In this document: in pieces, positions 63,636 through 64,000 of the stretch
Layout of the letters: each line of letters opens with the position of its first letter
Numbering within the stretch: position 1 is the first letter of the stretch
From: Verrucomicrobiota bacterium
GTDB taxonomy: Bacteria; Verrucomicrobiota; Verrucomicrobiia; Opitutales; Coraliomargaritaceae
Reading direction: 5' to 3'
DNA length: 64,000 bases
Assembly (NCBI GenBank): GCA_039815375.1
Contig: JBCBZJ010000001.1
Span: 224,001 to 288,000, forward strand
The notes under the pieces: generated by a model
What the model was told of the DNA's origin: nothing
Databases searched by the model: none
The model's input: the letters and a program-made list of their open reading frames with translations, nothing else
Made by a program: the position numbers and the translations under genes

Positions 63636-64000
63636 TCAATAACCCTTGTTCGGCGCCAGCCATTTCTCGGTTTTCTCAAGGTCGAAGCCTTTGCGTTGGC
63701 CGTAGTCTTCGAATTGGTCTTTGTCCATCGGGCCGACTTGGAAGTAGCGGGCTTCGGGGTGGCCGAAATAGAGGCCGCTCACGGCAGAGCCGGGATTCAT
63801 GGCGTAGCTGCTGGTGAGAGTGGCACCGGTGTTGGCTTCTGCGTCGAGCAGTTCCCAAAGGAGTTCCTTTTCGGTATGGTCGGGTTGGCTGGGATATCCG
63901 GCAGCGGGGCGGATGCCGCGATACTTTTCTTTGATGAGCTCCGTGTTTTCAAAGCTCTCGTCGGGCGCGTAGCCCCATAGCCCTTTGCGCACGCGCTCGT
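63636..64000 (-). CDS. metH: B12-dependent methionine synthase, C-terminal activation domain (partial)
   Basis: [50 protein letters not shown]. Confidence 0.93.
   Translation of the reverse strand, partial: ERVRKGLWGYAPDESFENTELIKEKYRGIRPAAGYPSQPDHTEKELLWELLDAEANTGATLTSSYAMNPGSAVSGLYFGHPEARYFQVGPMDKDQFEDYGQRKGFDLEKTEKWLAPNKGY

Overview
Bacterial chromosomal window, most likely Verrucomicrobiota (Opitutia / Coraliomargarita-like). This is inferred from PEP-CTERM proteins, the acidic secreted proteins with DxDxDG motifs and the LacI-family regulator; it was not checked against a database. The core-genome flanks carry a perR/fur-sufCBD-sufT operon, an enoyl reductase, two-component genes, a FIST protein, a single-chain E1a-E1b-lipoyl-E2 2-oxoacid dehydrogenase, BLUF, mscS, gluQ, a DEAD helicase, rsmE and the 3' end of metH. 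The main find is a ~25 kb composite island (7665-32708) attached to the 3' end of tRNA-Pro(GGG). It encodes no recognisable integrase but is divided into cargo modules by a family of co-oriented att-like sites. Each site is a T-arm-like core, a 58-59 bp spacer and the motif GGACACACATAGGGA(C/T/A)AC. Some cores are tRNA-Pro 3' copies, one is a tRNA-Ser-type 3' end, and three carry non-tRNA spacers. Cargo: a Nit1C (MSMEG_0567-0572-type) nitrilase/radical-SAM cluster with a sigma54 promoter, an orphan P450 + DarB-like ketosynthase + flavin monooxygenase cluster, small regulator/stress genes, a large phosphatase fusion, two PEP-CTERM proteins and an esterase. A second candidate system is a 13-kb operon of three giant uncharacterised secreted proteins (50010-63122). 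All calls come from reading motifs by eye; no searches were run.
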